Shown in pieces: positions 14,181-28,800 of a stretch of DNA of 64,000 bases (positions are counted from its first letter, which is position 1; every line of letters starts with the position of its first letter). Made by a program: the position numbers and the translations under genes. The notes beneath the pieces are model-generated. The model did no database searches. It was not told the DNA's origin and saw only the letters and a list, made by a program, of their open reading frames with translations. Origin of the DNA: the human T2T-CHM13v2.0 reference genome, Homo sapiens; NCBI RefSeq assembly GCF_009914755.1, contig NC_060933.1; one strand, written 5' to 3'.

Positions 14181-16859
14181 ATGGAATGGAACGGAACGGA
14201 AAGGAATGGAATGGATTGGAGTGGAATGGAATGGAATGGAACGGAAAGGAATGGAATGGAATGGAATGGAATGGAATGGAATGGAATGGAATCAACGCGA
14301 GTGCAGGGGAATGGAATGGAATGGAATGCAATGGAATGGAATCAACTCGATTGGAATGGAATGGAATGGAATGGAATGGAATGGAATGGAATAAACCCGA
14401 GTGCAATGGAATGGAGTGGAATGGAATGGAATGGAATGGAACAACCCGAATGGAATGGAATGTAATGGAGAGTAAGGGAGTTGAATAGAATAAATCCGAA
14501 TGTAATGGAATGGAATGGAACGGAATGGAATTGAATGGAATGGAATGGAATGCAATGGAATGGAATCAACCCGAGTTCAATGGAATGGACAGGAATGGAA
14601 TGGAATGGAATGGAAACTACCCGAATGGAATGGAATGTAATGGAGTGTAAGGGAATTGAATAGAATCAATTCGAATGTAATGGAATGGAATGGAACGGAA
14701 TGGAATGGAATGGAATGGAATGGAATGGAATGGAATGGAATGCAATGGAATGGAAGCAACCCGAGTGCAATCGAATGGAATCGAATGGAATGGAATGCAA
14801 TGGAATGGATTCAACTTGAATGGAATGGAAAGAATGGAATCAACACGAGTGGAATGGCATGGATTGGAATGGAATGGAATGGAATCTACCCGAGTACAGG
14901 GGAATGGAATGGAATGGAATGCAATGGAATGGAATCATCCGTAATGGAATGGAAAGGAATGGAATGGAATGGAATGGAATGGAATGGAATGGAATGGAAT
15001 CAACTCGATTGCAATCGAATGGAATGGAATGGAATTAACCCGAATAGAATGGAATGGAATGGAATGGAACGGAACGGAACGGAATGGAATGGATTGGAAT
15101 GGAATGGAATGGAATGGAATGGAACCGAAAGGAATGGAATGGAATGGAATGGAATGGAATCAACGCGAGTGCAGGGGAATGGAATGGAATGGAATGCAAT
15201 GGAATGGAATCTTCCGGAATGGAATGGAATGGAATGGAATGGAATGGAATGGAATAAACCCGAGTGCAATGGAATGGAATGGAATGGAATGGAATGGAAT
15301 GGAATGGAATGGAACGGAAAGGAAGGGAATGGAATGGAATAGAATGGAATGGAATGGAATCAACGCGAGTGGTGGGGAATGGAATGGAATGGAATGCAAT
15401 GGAATGGAATCTTCCGGAATGGAATGAAATGGAATGGAATGGAATGGAATGGAATGGAATGGAATCAACCCGAGTGCAATGGAATGGAGTGGAATGGAAT
15501 GGAATGGCATGGAACAACCGAAATGGAATGGAATGTAATGGAGAGTAAGGGAGTTGAATAGAATCAATCCGAATGTAATGGAATGGAATGGAACGGAATG
15601 GAATGGAATGGAATGGAATGGAATGCAATGGAATGGAATCAACCCGAGTGCAATGGAATGGAGAGGAATGGAATGGAATGTAATGGAAACTACCCGAATG
15701 GAATGGAATGTAATGAAGTGTAAGGGAATTGAATAGAATCAATCCGAATGTAATGGAATGGAATGGAACGGAATGGAATGGAATGGAATGGAATGGAATG
15801 GAATGGAATGGAATGCAATGGAATGGAATCAACCCGAGTGCAATAGAATGGAATCGAATGGAATGGAATGCAATGGAATGGATTCAACTTGAATGGAAAG
15901 GAAAGAATGGAATCAACACGAGTGGAATGGCATGGATTGGAATGGAATGGAATGGAATCAACCCGAGTACAGGGGAATGGAATGGAATGGAATGCAATTG
16001 AATGGAATCATCCCTAATGGAATGCAAAGGAATGGAATGGAATGGAATGGAATGGAATCAACTCGATTGCAATCGAATGGAATGGAATGGAATTAACCTG
16101 AATAGAATGGAATGGAATGGAATGGAACGGAACGGAATGGAATGGAATGGAATGGAATGGAATGGAACGGAACGGAAAGGAGTGGAATGGAATGGAATGG
16201 AATGGAATGGAATCAACGCGAGTGCAGGGGAATAGAATGGAATGGAATGCAATGGAATGGAATCTTCCGGAATGGAATGGAATTGAATGGAATGGAATGA
16301 AATGCAATGGATTCAACTCAATTGCAATGGAATGGAATAGAATGGAACGGAATGGAATGGAATGGAATTAATCCGAATAGAATGGAATGGAATGGAATGG
16401 AACGGAATGGAACGGAATGGAATGGAATGGAATGGTATGGAATGGAATGGAATGGTACGGAATAGAATGGAATGGAACGAATTGTAATGGAATGGAATTG
16501 AATGGAATGGAATGGAATGGAATGGAATGGAATCAACGCGAGTGCAGGGGAATGTAATGGAATGGAATGGAATGGAATGGAATGGAATTAACCCGAATAC
16601 AATGGAATGGAATGGAATGGAACGGAATGGAGTGGAATGGAATGGAATCAACCCGAGTGCAGGGGAATGGAATGGAATGGAATGCAATGGAATGGAATCA
16701 TCCGGAATGGAATGGAATGGAATGGAATGCAAAGCAATGGAATCAACTCGATTGCAATGGAATGGAATGGAATGGAAAGGAATACATTGGAATCAACCCG
16801 AGTGGAATGGAATGCAAAGGACTGGAATGGAGTGGAATGGAATGGAATGGAATGGAATG

Positions 16860-19800
16860 GAATCAACTCGATTGGAATGGAATGGAATGGAATGGAATGG
16901 AATCAACCCGAGTGCAATGGAATGGAGTGGAATGGAATGGAATGGAATGGAACAACCCGAATGGAATGGAATGTAATGGAGAGTAAGGGAGTTGAATAGA
17001 ATCAATCCGAATGTAATGGAATGGAATGGAATGGAATGGAATGGAATGCAATGGAATGGAATGGAATGGAATGCAATGGAATGGAATCAACCCGAGTGCA
17101 ATCGAATGGAATCGAATTGAATGGAATGGAATGGAATGGAATGGAATGGAATGGAATCAACGCGACTGCAGGGGAATGGAATGGAATGGAATGTAATGGA
17201 ATGGAATCATCCGGAATGGAATGGAATGGAATGGAATGGAATGGAATGGAATTAACCCGAATGCAATGGAATGGAGAGGAATGGAATGGAATGGAATGGA
17301 AACTACCCGAATGGAATGGAATGTAATGGAGTGTAAGGGAATTGAATAGAATCAATCCGAAAGTAATGGAATGGAATGGAACGGAATGGAATGGAATGGA
17401 ATGGAATGGAATGGAATGGAATGCAATGGAATGGAATCAACCCGAGTGCAATCGAATGGAATCGAATGGAATAGAATGCAATGGAATGGATTCAACTTGA
17501 ATGGAATGGAAAGAATGGAATCAACACGAGTGGAATGGCGTGGATTGGAATGGAATGGAATGGAATCAACCCGAGTACAGGGGAATGGAGTGGAATGGAA
17601 TGCAATGGAATGGAATCATCCGTAATGGAATGGAAAGGAATGGAATGGAATGGAATGGAATGGAATGGAATGGAATCAACTCGATTGCAATCGAATGGAA
17701 TGGAATGGAATTAACCCGAATAGAATGGAGTGGAATGGAATGGAACGGAACGGAATGGAATGGAATGGAATGGAATGGAACAGAACGGAATGGAATGGAT
17801 GGAATGGAATGGAATGGAATGGAATGGAATCAACGCGAGTGCAGGGGAATGGAATGGAATGGAATGTAATGGAATGGAATCTTCCGGAATGGAATGGAAT
17901 GGAATGGAATGGAATGAAATGCAATGGATTCAACTCGATTGCAATGGAATGGAATAGAATGGAATGGAATGGAATGGAATGGAATGGAATGGAATTAACC
18001 CGAATAGAATGGAATGGAATGGAATGGAACGGAATGGAATGGAATGGAATGGAATGGAATGGAATGGAATGGAATGGTATGGAATGGAATGGAATGGTAC
18101 GGAATAGAATGGAATGGAACGAATTGTAAAGGAATGGAATTGAATGGAATGGAATGGAATGGAGAGTAAGGGAGTTGAATAGAATCAATCCGAATGTAAT
18201 GGAATGGAATGCAACGGAATGGAATGGAATGGAATGGAATGGAATGGAATGCAATGGAATTGAATCAACCCGAGTACAATGGAATGGAATGGAATGGAAT
18301 GGAATGCAATGGAATGGAATGGAATGATACGGAATAGAATGGAATGGAACGAAATGGAATGGATTGGAATGGAATGGAATGGAATGGAATCGTTCCGAGT
18401 GGAATAGGAGGGAATGTATTCGAGTGGAATGGAAAGGAATGGTATCAACCAGAGTGGAATGGAAGGGAATGGAATGGAATGGAAACTAATAGAATGGAAT
18501 CAACCCGAGTGGAATGGAATGGAAAGGACTGGAATGGAATGGAATGGAATGGAATCAACTCGATTGTAATGGAATGGAATGGAATGGAATGGAATGGAAT
18601 GGAATTAACCCGAATACAATGGAATGGAATGGAATGGAACGGAATGGAGTGGAATGGAATGGAATCAACCCGAGTGCAGGGGAATGGAATGGAATGGAAT
18701 GCAATGGAATGGAATCATCCGGAATGGAATGGAATGGAATGGAATGCAAAGCAATGGAATCAACTCGATTACAATGGAATGGAATGGAATGGAAAGGAAT
18801 GGAATGGAATGGAATCAACGCGAGTGCAGGGGAATGGAATGTAATGGAATGCAATGGAATGGAATCTTCCGGAATGGAATGGAATGGAATGGAATGGAAT
18901 CAACCCGAGTGCAATGGAATGGAGTGGAATGGAATGGAATGGAATGGAACAACCCGAATGGAATCGAATGTAATGGAGAGTAAGGGAGTTGAATAGAATC
19001 AATCCGAATGTAATGGCATGGAATTGAATGGAATGGAATGGAATGGAATGGAACGGAAAGGAATGGAATGGAATGGAATGGAATGGAATGGAAAGGAATG
19101 GAATGAACGCGAGTGCAGGGGAATGGAATGGAATGGAATGCAATGGAATGGAATATTCCGGAATGGAATGGAATGGAATGGAATGGAATGGAATAAACCC
19201 GAGTGCAATGGAATGGAGTGGAATGGAATGGAATGGTATGGAACAACCCGAATGGAATGGAATGTAATGGAGAGTAAGGGAGTTGAATAGAATCAATCCG
19301 AATGGAATGGAATGGAATGGAACGGAATGGAATTGAATGGAATGGAATGGAATGCAATGGAATGGAATCACCCCGAGTGCAATGGAATGGAGAGGAATGG
19401 AATGGAATGGAATGGAAACTACCCGAATGGAATGGAATGTAATGGAGCGTAAGGGAATTGAATAGAATCAATCCGAATGTAATGGAATGGAATGGAACGG
19501 AATGGAATGGAATGGAATGGAATGGAATGGAATGGAATGCAATGGAATGGAATCAACCCGAGTGCAATCGAATGGAATCGAATTGAATGGAATGCAATGG
19601 AATGGATTCAACTTGAATGGAAAGGAAAGAATGGAATCAACACGAGTGGAAGGGCATGGATTGGAATGGAATGGAATGGAATCAACCCGAGTACAGGGGA
19701 ATGGAATGGAATGGAATGCAATGGAATGGAATCATCCGTAATGGAATGGAAAGGAATGGAATGGAATGGAAAGGAATGGAATGGAATGGAATGGAATGGA

Positions 19801-22800
19801 ATGGAATCAAGTCGATTGTAATCGAATGGAATGGAATGGAATTAACCCGAATAGAATGGAATGGAATGGAATGGAACGGAACGGAATGGAATGGAATGGA
19901 ATGGAATGGAATGGAATGGAATGGAATGGAACGGAATGGAATGGAATGGAATGGAATGGAACGGAACGGAATGGAATGGAATGGAATGGAATCTTACGGA
20001 ATGGAATGGAATGGAATGGAATGGAATGGAATGAAATGCAATGGATTCAAGTCGATTGCAATGGAATGGAATAGAATGGAATGGAATGGAATGGAATGGA
20101 ATTAATCCAAATAGAATGGAATGGAATGGAATGGAACGGAATGGAATGGAATGGAATGGTATGGAATGGAATGGAATGGTACGGAATAGAATGGAATGAA
20201 ACGAATTGTAATGGAATGTAATTGAATGGAATGGAATGGAATGGAATGGAATCAACGCGATTGCAGCGGAATGTAATGGAACGGAATGCAATGGAATGGA
20301 ATCATCCGGAATGGAATGGAATGGAATGGAATGCAATCAACCTGATGCAATGGAATGGAGTGGAATGGAATGGAATGGAATGGAAACATCCCGAATGGAA
20401 TGGAATGGAATTGAGTGTAAGGGAATTGAATAGAATCAATCCGAATGTAATGGAATGGAATGGAATGAAATGTAATGGAATGGAATGGAATGGAATCAAC
20501 CCGAGTGCAATGGAATGGATACGAATGGAATGGAATGGAATGGAATGGATTCAACAAGAATGGAATGGAAAGGAATGGAATCAACCCGAGTGTAGTGGAA
20601 TGGAATGGAACGGAATGGAATGGGATGGAATGGAATGGTACGGAATAGAATGGAATGGAATGAAATGGAATGGAATGGAATGGAATGGAATGAACCCGTG
20701 AGCAATGGAATGGAATGGAATGGAATGGAATGGATTCAACTCGAATGGAATCAACTCGATTGCAATGGAATGGAAAGGAATGGAAAGGAATAGAATGGAA
20801 TCAACCCGAGTGAAATGGAATGGAAAGACTGGAATGGAGTGGAATGGAATGGAATGGAATTAACCCGAATAGAATGGAATGGAACGGAATGGAACGGAAT
20901 GTAATGGAATGGAATGGAATGGAATCAACCCGAGTGCAGGGGAATGGAATGGAATGGAATGCAATGGAATGGAATCATCCAGAATGGAATGGAATGGAAT
21001 GGAATGGAATGGGATGGAATCAACTCGATTTCAATGGAATGGAATGGAATAGAATGGAATGGAATTAACAAGAATAGAATGGAATGGAATGGAATAGAAT
21101 GGAACAGAAAGGAATGGAATGGAATGGAATGGAATCAACCCAAGTACAGGGGAATGGAATGGAATGGAATTCCATGGAATGGAATCATCCGAAATGGAAT
21201 GGAATGTAATGGAATGGAATGGAATCAACCCGAGTGCAATGGAATGGAGAGGAATGGAATGGAATGGAATGGAAACTACCCGAATGGAATGGAATGTAAT
21301 GGAGTGTAAGGGAATTGAATAGAATGAATCCGAATGGAATGGAATGGAATGGAATGGAATGGAATGGAATGGAATGGAATGGAATGCAATGCCATGGAAT
21401 CAACCCGAGTGCAATCGAATGGAATCGAATGGAATGGAATGCAATGGAATGGATTCAACTTCAATGGAATGGAAAGAATGGAATCAACACGAGTGGAATG
21501 GCATGGATGGGAATGGAATGGAATGGAATCAACCCGAGTACAGGGGAATGGAATGGAATGGAATGCAATGGAATGGAATCATCCGTAATGGATTGGAAAG
21601 TAATGGAATGGAATGGAATGGAATGGAATGGAATGGAATGGAATGGAGTCAACTCGATTGCAATCGAATGGAATGGAATGGAATTAACCCAAATAGAATG
21701 GAATGGAATGGAATGGAATGGAACGGAACGGAATGGAATGGAATGGAATGGAATGGAACGGAACGGAACGGAATGGAATGGAATGGAATGGAATGGAATC
21801 AACGCGAGTGCAGGGGAATGGAATGGAATGGAATGCAATGGAATGGAATCTTCCGGAATGGAATGGAATGGAATGGAATGGAATGGAATGGAATGAAATG
21901 CAATGGATTCAACTCGATTGCAATGGAATGGAACAGAATGGAATGGAATGGAATGGAATGGAATTAACCCGAATAGAATGGAATGGAATGCAATGGAACG
22001 GAATGGAACGGAATGGAATGGAATGGAATGGAATGGAATGGAATGGAATGGTATGGAATGGAATGGAATGGTACGGAATAGAATGGAATGGAACGAATTG
22101 TAATGGAATGGAATTGAATGGAATGGAATGGAATCAACGCGAGTGCAGGGGAATGGAATGGAATGGAATGCAATGGAATGGAATCATCCGGAATGGAATG
22201 GAATGGAATGGAATCAACCCGAGTGCAATGGAATGGAGTGGAATGGAATGGAATGGAATGGAACAACCCGAATAGAATGGAATGTAATGGAGAGTAAGGG
22301 AGTTGAATAGAATCAATCCGAATGTAATGGAATGGAATGGAACGGAATGGAATTGAATGGAATGGAATGGAATGGAATGGAATGGAATCAACTCGATTGC
22401 AATCGAATGGAATGGAATGGAATTAACCCAAATAGAATGGAATGGAATGGAATGGAACGGAACGGAATGGAATGGAATGGAATGGAATGGAATGGAACGG
22501 AACGGAACGGAACGGAATGGAATGGAACGGAATGGAATGGAATGGAATGGAATCAATGCGAGTGCAGGGGAATGGAATGGAATGGAATGCAATGGAATGG
22601 AATCATCCGGAATGGAATGGAATGGAATGGAATGGAAGGGAATGGAATGGAATCAACTCGATTTCAATGGAATGGAATGGAATAGAATGGAATGGAATTA
22701 ACACGAATAGAATGGAATGGAATGGAATTGAATGGAACAGAAAGGAATGGAATGGAATGGAATGGAATCAACCCACTTGCAGGGGAATGGAATGGAATGG

Positions 22801-25800
22801 AATTCAATGGAATGGAATCATCCGGAATGGAATGGAATGGAATGGAATGGAATGGAATGGAATGGAATCAACCCGAGTGCAATGGAATGGAGAGGAATGG
22901 AATGGAATGGAATGGAAACTACACGAATCGAATGGAATGTAATGGAGTGTAAGGGAATTGAATAGAATGAATCCGAATGGAATGGAATGGAATGGAATCA
23001 ACGCGAGTGCAGGGGAATGGAATGTAATGGAATGCAATGGAATGGAATCTTCCGGAATGGAATGGAATGGAATGGAATGCAATGGATTCAACTCGATTGC
23101 AATGGAATGGAATAGAATGGAATGGAATGGAATGGAATGGAATTAACCCGAATAGAATGGAATGGAATGGAACGGAATGGAACGGAACGGAATGGAATGG
23201 AATGGAATGGAATGGAATGGAATGGAATGGAATGGAATGGTGGGGAATGGAATGGAATGGAATGGAATCAACGCGAGTGCAGGGGAATGTAATGGAAAAG
23301 AATGTAATGGAATGGAATCATCCGGAACGCAATGGAATGGAATGGAATGGAATGGAATCAACCCGAGTGCAATGGAATGGAGTGGAATGGAATGGAATGG
23401 AATGGAACAACCCGAATGGAATGGAATGTAATGGAGTGTAAGGGAGTTGAATAGAATCAATCCGAATGTAATGGAATGGAATGGAACGGAATGGAATGGA
23501 ATGGAATGGAATGCAATTGAATGGAATCAACCCGAGTACAATGGAATGGAATGGAATGGAATGGAATGGAATGGAATGGAATGGAATGGCTTCAAACCGA
23601 ATGGAAAGGAAAGGAATGGAATCAACACAAGTGGAATGGAATGGAATGGAATGGAATGCAATCGAATGGAATGGAATGGTATGGAATAGAATGGAATGGA
23701 AAGAAATGGAATGGAATGGAATCGTTCCGAGTGGAATAGGAGGGAATGTATTCGAGTGGATTGGAAAGGAATGGAATCAACCAGAGTGGAATGGAAGGGA
23801 ATGGAATGGAATGGAAACTAATAGAATGGAATCAACCCGAGTGGAATGGAATGGAAAGGACTGGAATGGAATGGAACGGAATGGAATGGAATGGAATGGA
23901 ATGGAATTAACCCAAATACAATGGAATGGAATGGAATGGAACGGAATGGAGTGGAATGGAATGGAAACAACCCGAGTGCAGGGGAATGGAATGGAATGGA
24001 ATGGAATGCAATGGAATGGAATCATCCGGAATGGAATGGAATGGAATGGAATGCAAAGCAATGGAATCAACTCGATTGCAATGGAATGGAATGGACTGGA
24101 AAGGAATACATTGGAATCAACCCGAGTGGAATGGAATGGAAAGGACTGGAATGGAGTGGAATGGAATGGAATGGAATGGAATGGAATCAACTCGATTGGA
24201 ATGGAATGGAATGGAATGGAATGGAATCAACCCGAGTGCAATGGAATGGAGTGGAATGGAATGGAATGGAATGGAACAACCCGAATGGAATGGAATGTAA
24301 TGGAGAGTAAGGGAGTTGAATAGAATCAATCCGAATGTAATGGAATGGAATGGAATGAAATGGAATGGAATGCAATGGAATGGAATGGAATGGAATGCAA
24401 TGGAATGGAATCAACCCGAGTGCAATCGAATGGAATCGAATTGAATGGAATGGAATGGAATGGAATGGAATGGAATGGAATGGAATGGAATCAACGCGAC
24501 TGCAGGGGAATGGAATGGAATGGAATGTAATGGAATGGAATCATCCGGAATGGAATGGAATGGAATGGAATGGAATGGAATGGAATTAACCCGAATGCAA
24601 TGGAATGGAGAGGAATGGAATGGAATGGAATGGAAACTACCCGAATGGAATGGAATGTAATGGAGTGTAAGGGAATTGAATAGAATCAATCCGAAAGTAA
24701 TGGAATGGAATGGAACGGAATGGAATGGAATGGAATGGAATGGAATGGAATGGAATGCAATGGAATGGAATCAACCCGAGTGCAATCGAATGGAATCGAA
24801 TGGAATAGAATGCAATGGAATGGATTCAACTTGAATGGAATGGAAAGAATGGAATCAACACGAGTGGAATGGCGTGGATTGGAATGGAATGGAATGGAAT
24901 CAACCCGAGTACAGGGGAATGGAGTGGAATGGAATGCAATGGAATGGAATCATCCGTAATGGAATGGAAAGGAATGGAATGGAATGGAATGGAATGGAAT
25001 GGAATGGAATCAACTCGATTGCAATCGAATGGAATGGAATGGAATTAACCCGAATAGAATGGAGTGGAATGGAATGGAACGGAACGGAATGGAATGGAAT
25101 GGAATGGAATGGAACAGAACGGAATGGAATGGATGGAATGGAATGGAATGGAATGGAATGGAATCAACGCGAGTGCAGGGGAATGGAATGGAATGGAATG
25201 TAATGGAATGGAATCTTCCGGAATGGAATGGAATGGAATGGAATGGAATGAAATGCAATGGATTCAACTCGATTGCAATGGAATGGAATAGAATGGAATG
25301 GAATGGAATGGAATGGAATGGAATGGAATTAACCCGAATAGAATGGAATGGAATGGAATGGAACGGAATGGAATGGAATGGAATGGAATGGAATGGAATG
25401 GAATGGAATGGAATGGTATGGAATGGAATGGAATGGTACGGAATAGAATGGAATGGAACGAATTGTAAAGGAATGGAATTGAATGGAATGGAATGGAATG
25501 GAGAGTAAGGGAGTTGAATAGAATCAATCCGAATGTAATGGAATGGAATGCAACGGAATGGAATGGAATGGAATGGAATGGAATGGAATGCAATGGAATT
25601 GAATCAACCCGAGTACAATGGAATGGAATGGAATGGAATGGAATGCAATGGAATGGAATGGAATGATACGGAATAGAATGGAATGGAACGAAATGGAATG
25701 GATTGGAATGGAATGGAATGGAATGGAATCGTTCCGAGTGGAATAGGAGGGAATGTATTCGAGTGGAATGGAAAGGAATGGTATCAACCAGAGTGGAATG

Positions 25801-28800
25801 GAAGGGAATGGAATGGAATGGAAACTAATAGAATGGAATCAACCCGAGTGGAATGGAATGGAAAGGACTGGAATGGAATGGAATGGAATGGAATCAACTC
25901 GATTGTAATGGAATGGAATGGAATGGAATGGAATGGAATGGAATTAACCCGAATACAATGGAATGGAATGGAATGGAACGGAATGGAGTGGAATGGAATG
26001 GAATCAACCCGAGTGCAGGGGAATGGAATGGAATGGAATGCAATGGAATGGAATCATCCGGAATGGAATGGAATGGAATGGAATGCAAAGCAATGGAATC
26101 AACTCGATTACAATGGAATGGAATGGAATGGAAAGGAATGGAATGGAATGGAATCAACGCGAGTGCAGGGGAATGGAATGTAATGGAATGCAATGGAATG
26201 GAATCTTCCGGAATGGAATGGAATGGAATGGAATGGAATCAACCCGAGTGCAATGGAATGGAGTGGAATGGAATGGAATGGAATGGAACAACCCAAATGG
26301 AATCGAATGTAATGGAGAGTAAGGGAGTTGAATAGAATCAATCCGAATGTAATGGCATGGAATTGAATGGAATGGAATGGAATGGAATGGAACGGAAAGG
26401 AATGGAATGGAATGGAATGGAATGGAATGGAAAGGAATGGAATGAACGCGAGAGCAGGGGAATGGAATGGAATGGAATGCAATGGAATGGAATATTCCGG
26501 AATGGAATGGAATGGAATGGAATGGAATGGAATGGAATAAACCCGAGTGCAATGGAATGGAGTGGAATGGAATGGAATGGTATGGAACAACCCGAATGGA
26601 ATGGAATGTAATGGAGAGTAAGGGAGTTGAATAGAATCAATCCGAATGGAATGGAATGGAATGGAACGGAATGGAATTGAATGGAATGGAATGGAATGCA
26701 ATGGAATGGAATCACCCCGAGTGCAATGGAATGGAGAGGAATGGAATGGAATGGAATGGAAACTACCCGAATGGAATGGAATGTAATGGAGCGTAAGGGA
26801 ATTGAATAGAATCAATCCGAATGTAATGGAATGGAATGGAACGGAATGGAATGGAATGGAATGGAATGGAATGGAATGCAATGGAATGGAATCAACCCGA
26901 GTGCAATCAAATGGAATCGAATTGAATGGAATGCAATGGAATGGATTCAACTTGAATGGAAAGGAAAGAATGGAATCAACACGAGTGGAAGGGCATGGAT
27001 TGGAATGGAATGGAATGGAATCAACCCGAGTACAGGGGAATGGAATGGAATGGAATGCAATGGAATGGAATCATCCGTAATGGAATGGAAAGGAATGGAA
27101 TGGAATGGAAAGGAATGGAATGGAATGGAATGGAATGGAATGGAATCAAGTCGATTGTAATCGAATGGAATGGAATGGAATTAACCCGAATAGAATGGAA
27201 TGGAATGGAATGGAACGGAACGGAATGGAATGGAATGGAATGGAATGGAATGGAATGGAATGGAACGGAATGGAATGGAATGGAATGGAATGGAACGGAA
27301 CGGAATGGAATGGAATGGAATGGAATCTTACGGAATGGAATGGAATGGAATGGAATGGAATGGAATGAAATGCAATGGATTCAAGTCGATTGCAATGGAA
27401 TGGAATAGAATGGAATGGAATGGAATGGAATGGAATTAATCCAAATAGAATGGAATGGAATGGAATGGAACGGAATGGAATGGAATGGAATGGTATGGAA
27501 TGGAATGGAATGGTACGGAATAGAATGGAATGAAACGAATTGTAATGGAATGTAATTGAATGGAATGGAATGGAATGGAATGGAATCAACGCGATTGCAG
27601 CGGAATGTAATGGAACGGAATGCAATGGAATGGAATCATCCGGAATGGAATGGAATGGAATGGAATGCAATCAACCTGATGCAATGGAATGGAGTGGAAT
27701 GGAATGGAATGGAATGGAAACATCCCGAATGGAATGGAATGGAATGGAGTGTAAGGGAATTGAATAGAATCAATCCGAATGTAATGGAATGGAATGGAAT
27801 GAAATGTAATGGAATGGAATGGAATGGAATCAACCCGAGTGCAATGGAATGGATACGAATGGAATGGAATGGAATGGAATGGATTCAACAAGAATGGAAT
27901 GGAAAGGAATGGAATCAACCCGAGTGTAGTGGAATGGAATGGAACGGAATGGAATGGGATGGAATGGAATGGTACGGAATAGAATGGAATGGAATGAAAT
28001 GGAATGGAATGGAATGAACCCGTGAGCAATGGAATGGAATGGAATGGAATGGAATGGATTCAACTCGAATGGAATCAACTCGATTGCAATGGAATGGAAA
28101 GGAATGGAAAGGAATAGAATGGAATCAACCCGAGTGAAATGGAATGGAAAGACTGGAATGGAGTGGAATGGAATGGAATGGAATTAACCCGAATAGAATG
28201 GAATGGAACGGAATGGAACGGAATGTAATGGAATGGAATGGAATGGAATCAACCCGAGTGCAGGGGAATGGAATGGAATGGAATGCAATGGAATGGAATC
28301 ATCCAGAATGGAATGGAATGGAATGGAATGGAATGGGATGGAATCAACTCGATTTCAATGGAATGGAATGGAATAGAATGGAATGGAATTAACAAGAATA
28401 GAATGGAATGGAATGGAATAGAATGGAACAGAAAGGAATGGAATGGAATGGAATGGAATCAACCCAAGTACAGGGGAATGGAATGGAATGGAATTCCATG
28501 GAATGGAATCATCCGAAATGGAATGGAATGTAATGGAATGGAATGGAATCAACCCGAGTGCAATGGAATGGAGAGGAATGGAATGGAATGGAATGGAAAC
28601 TACCCGAATGGAATGGAATGTAATGGAGTGTAAGGGAATTGAATAGAATGAATCCGAATGGAATGGAATGGAATGGAATGGAATGGAATGGAATGGAATG
28701 GAATGCAATGCCATGGAATCAACCCGAGTGCAATCGAATGGAATCGAATGGAATGGAATGCAATGGAATGGATTCAACTTCAATGGAATGGAAAGAATGG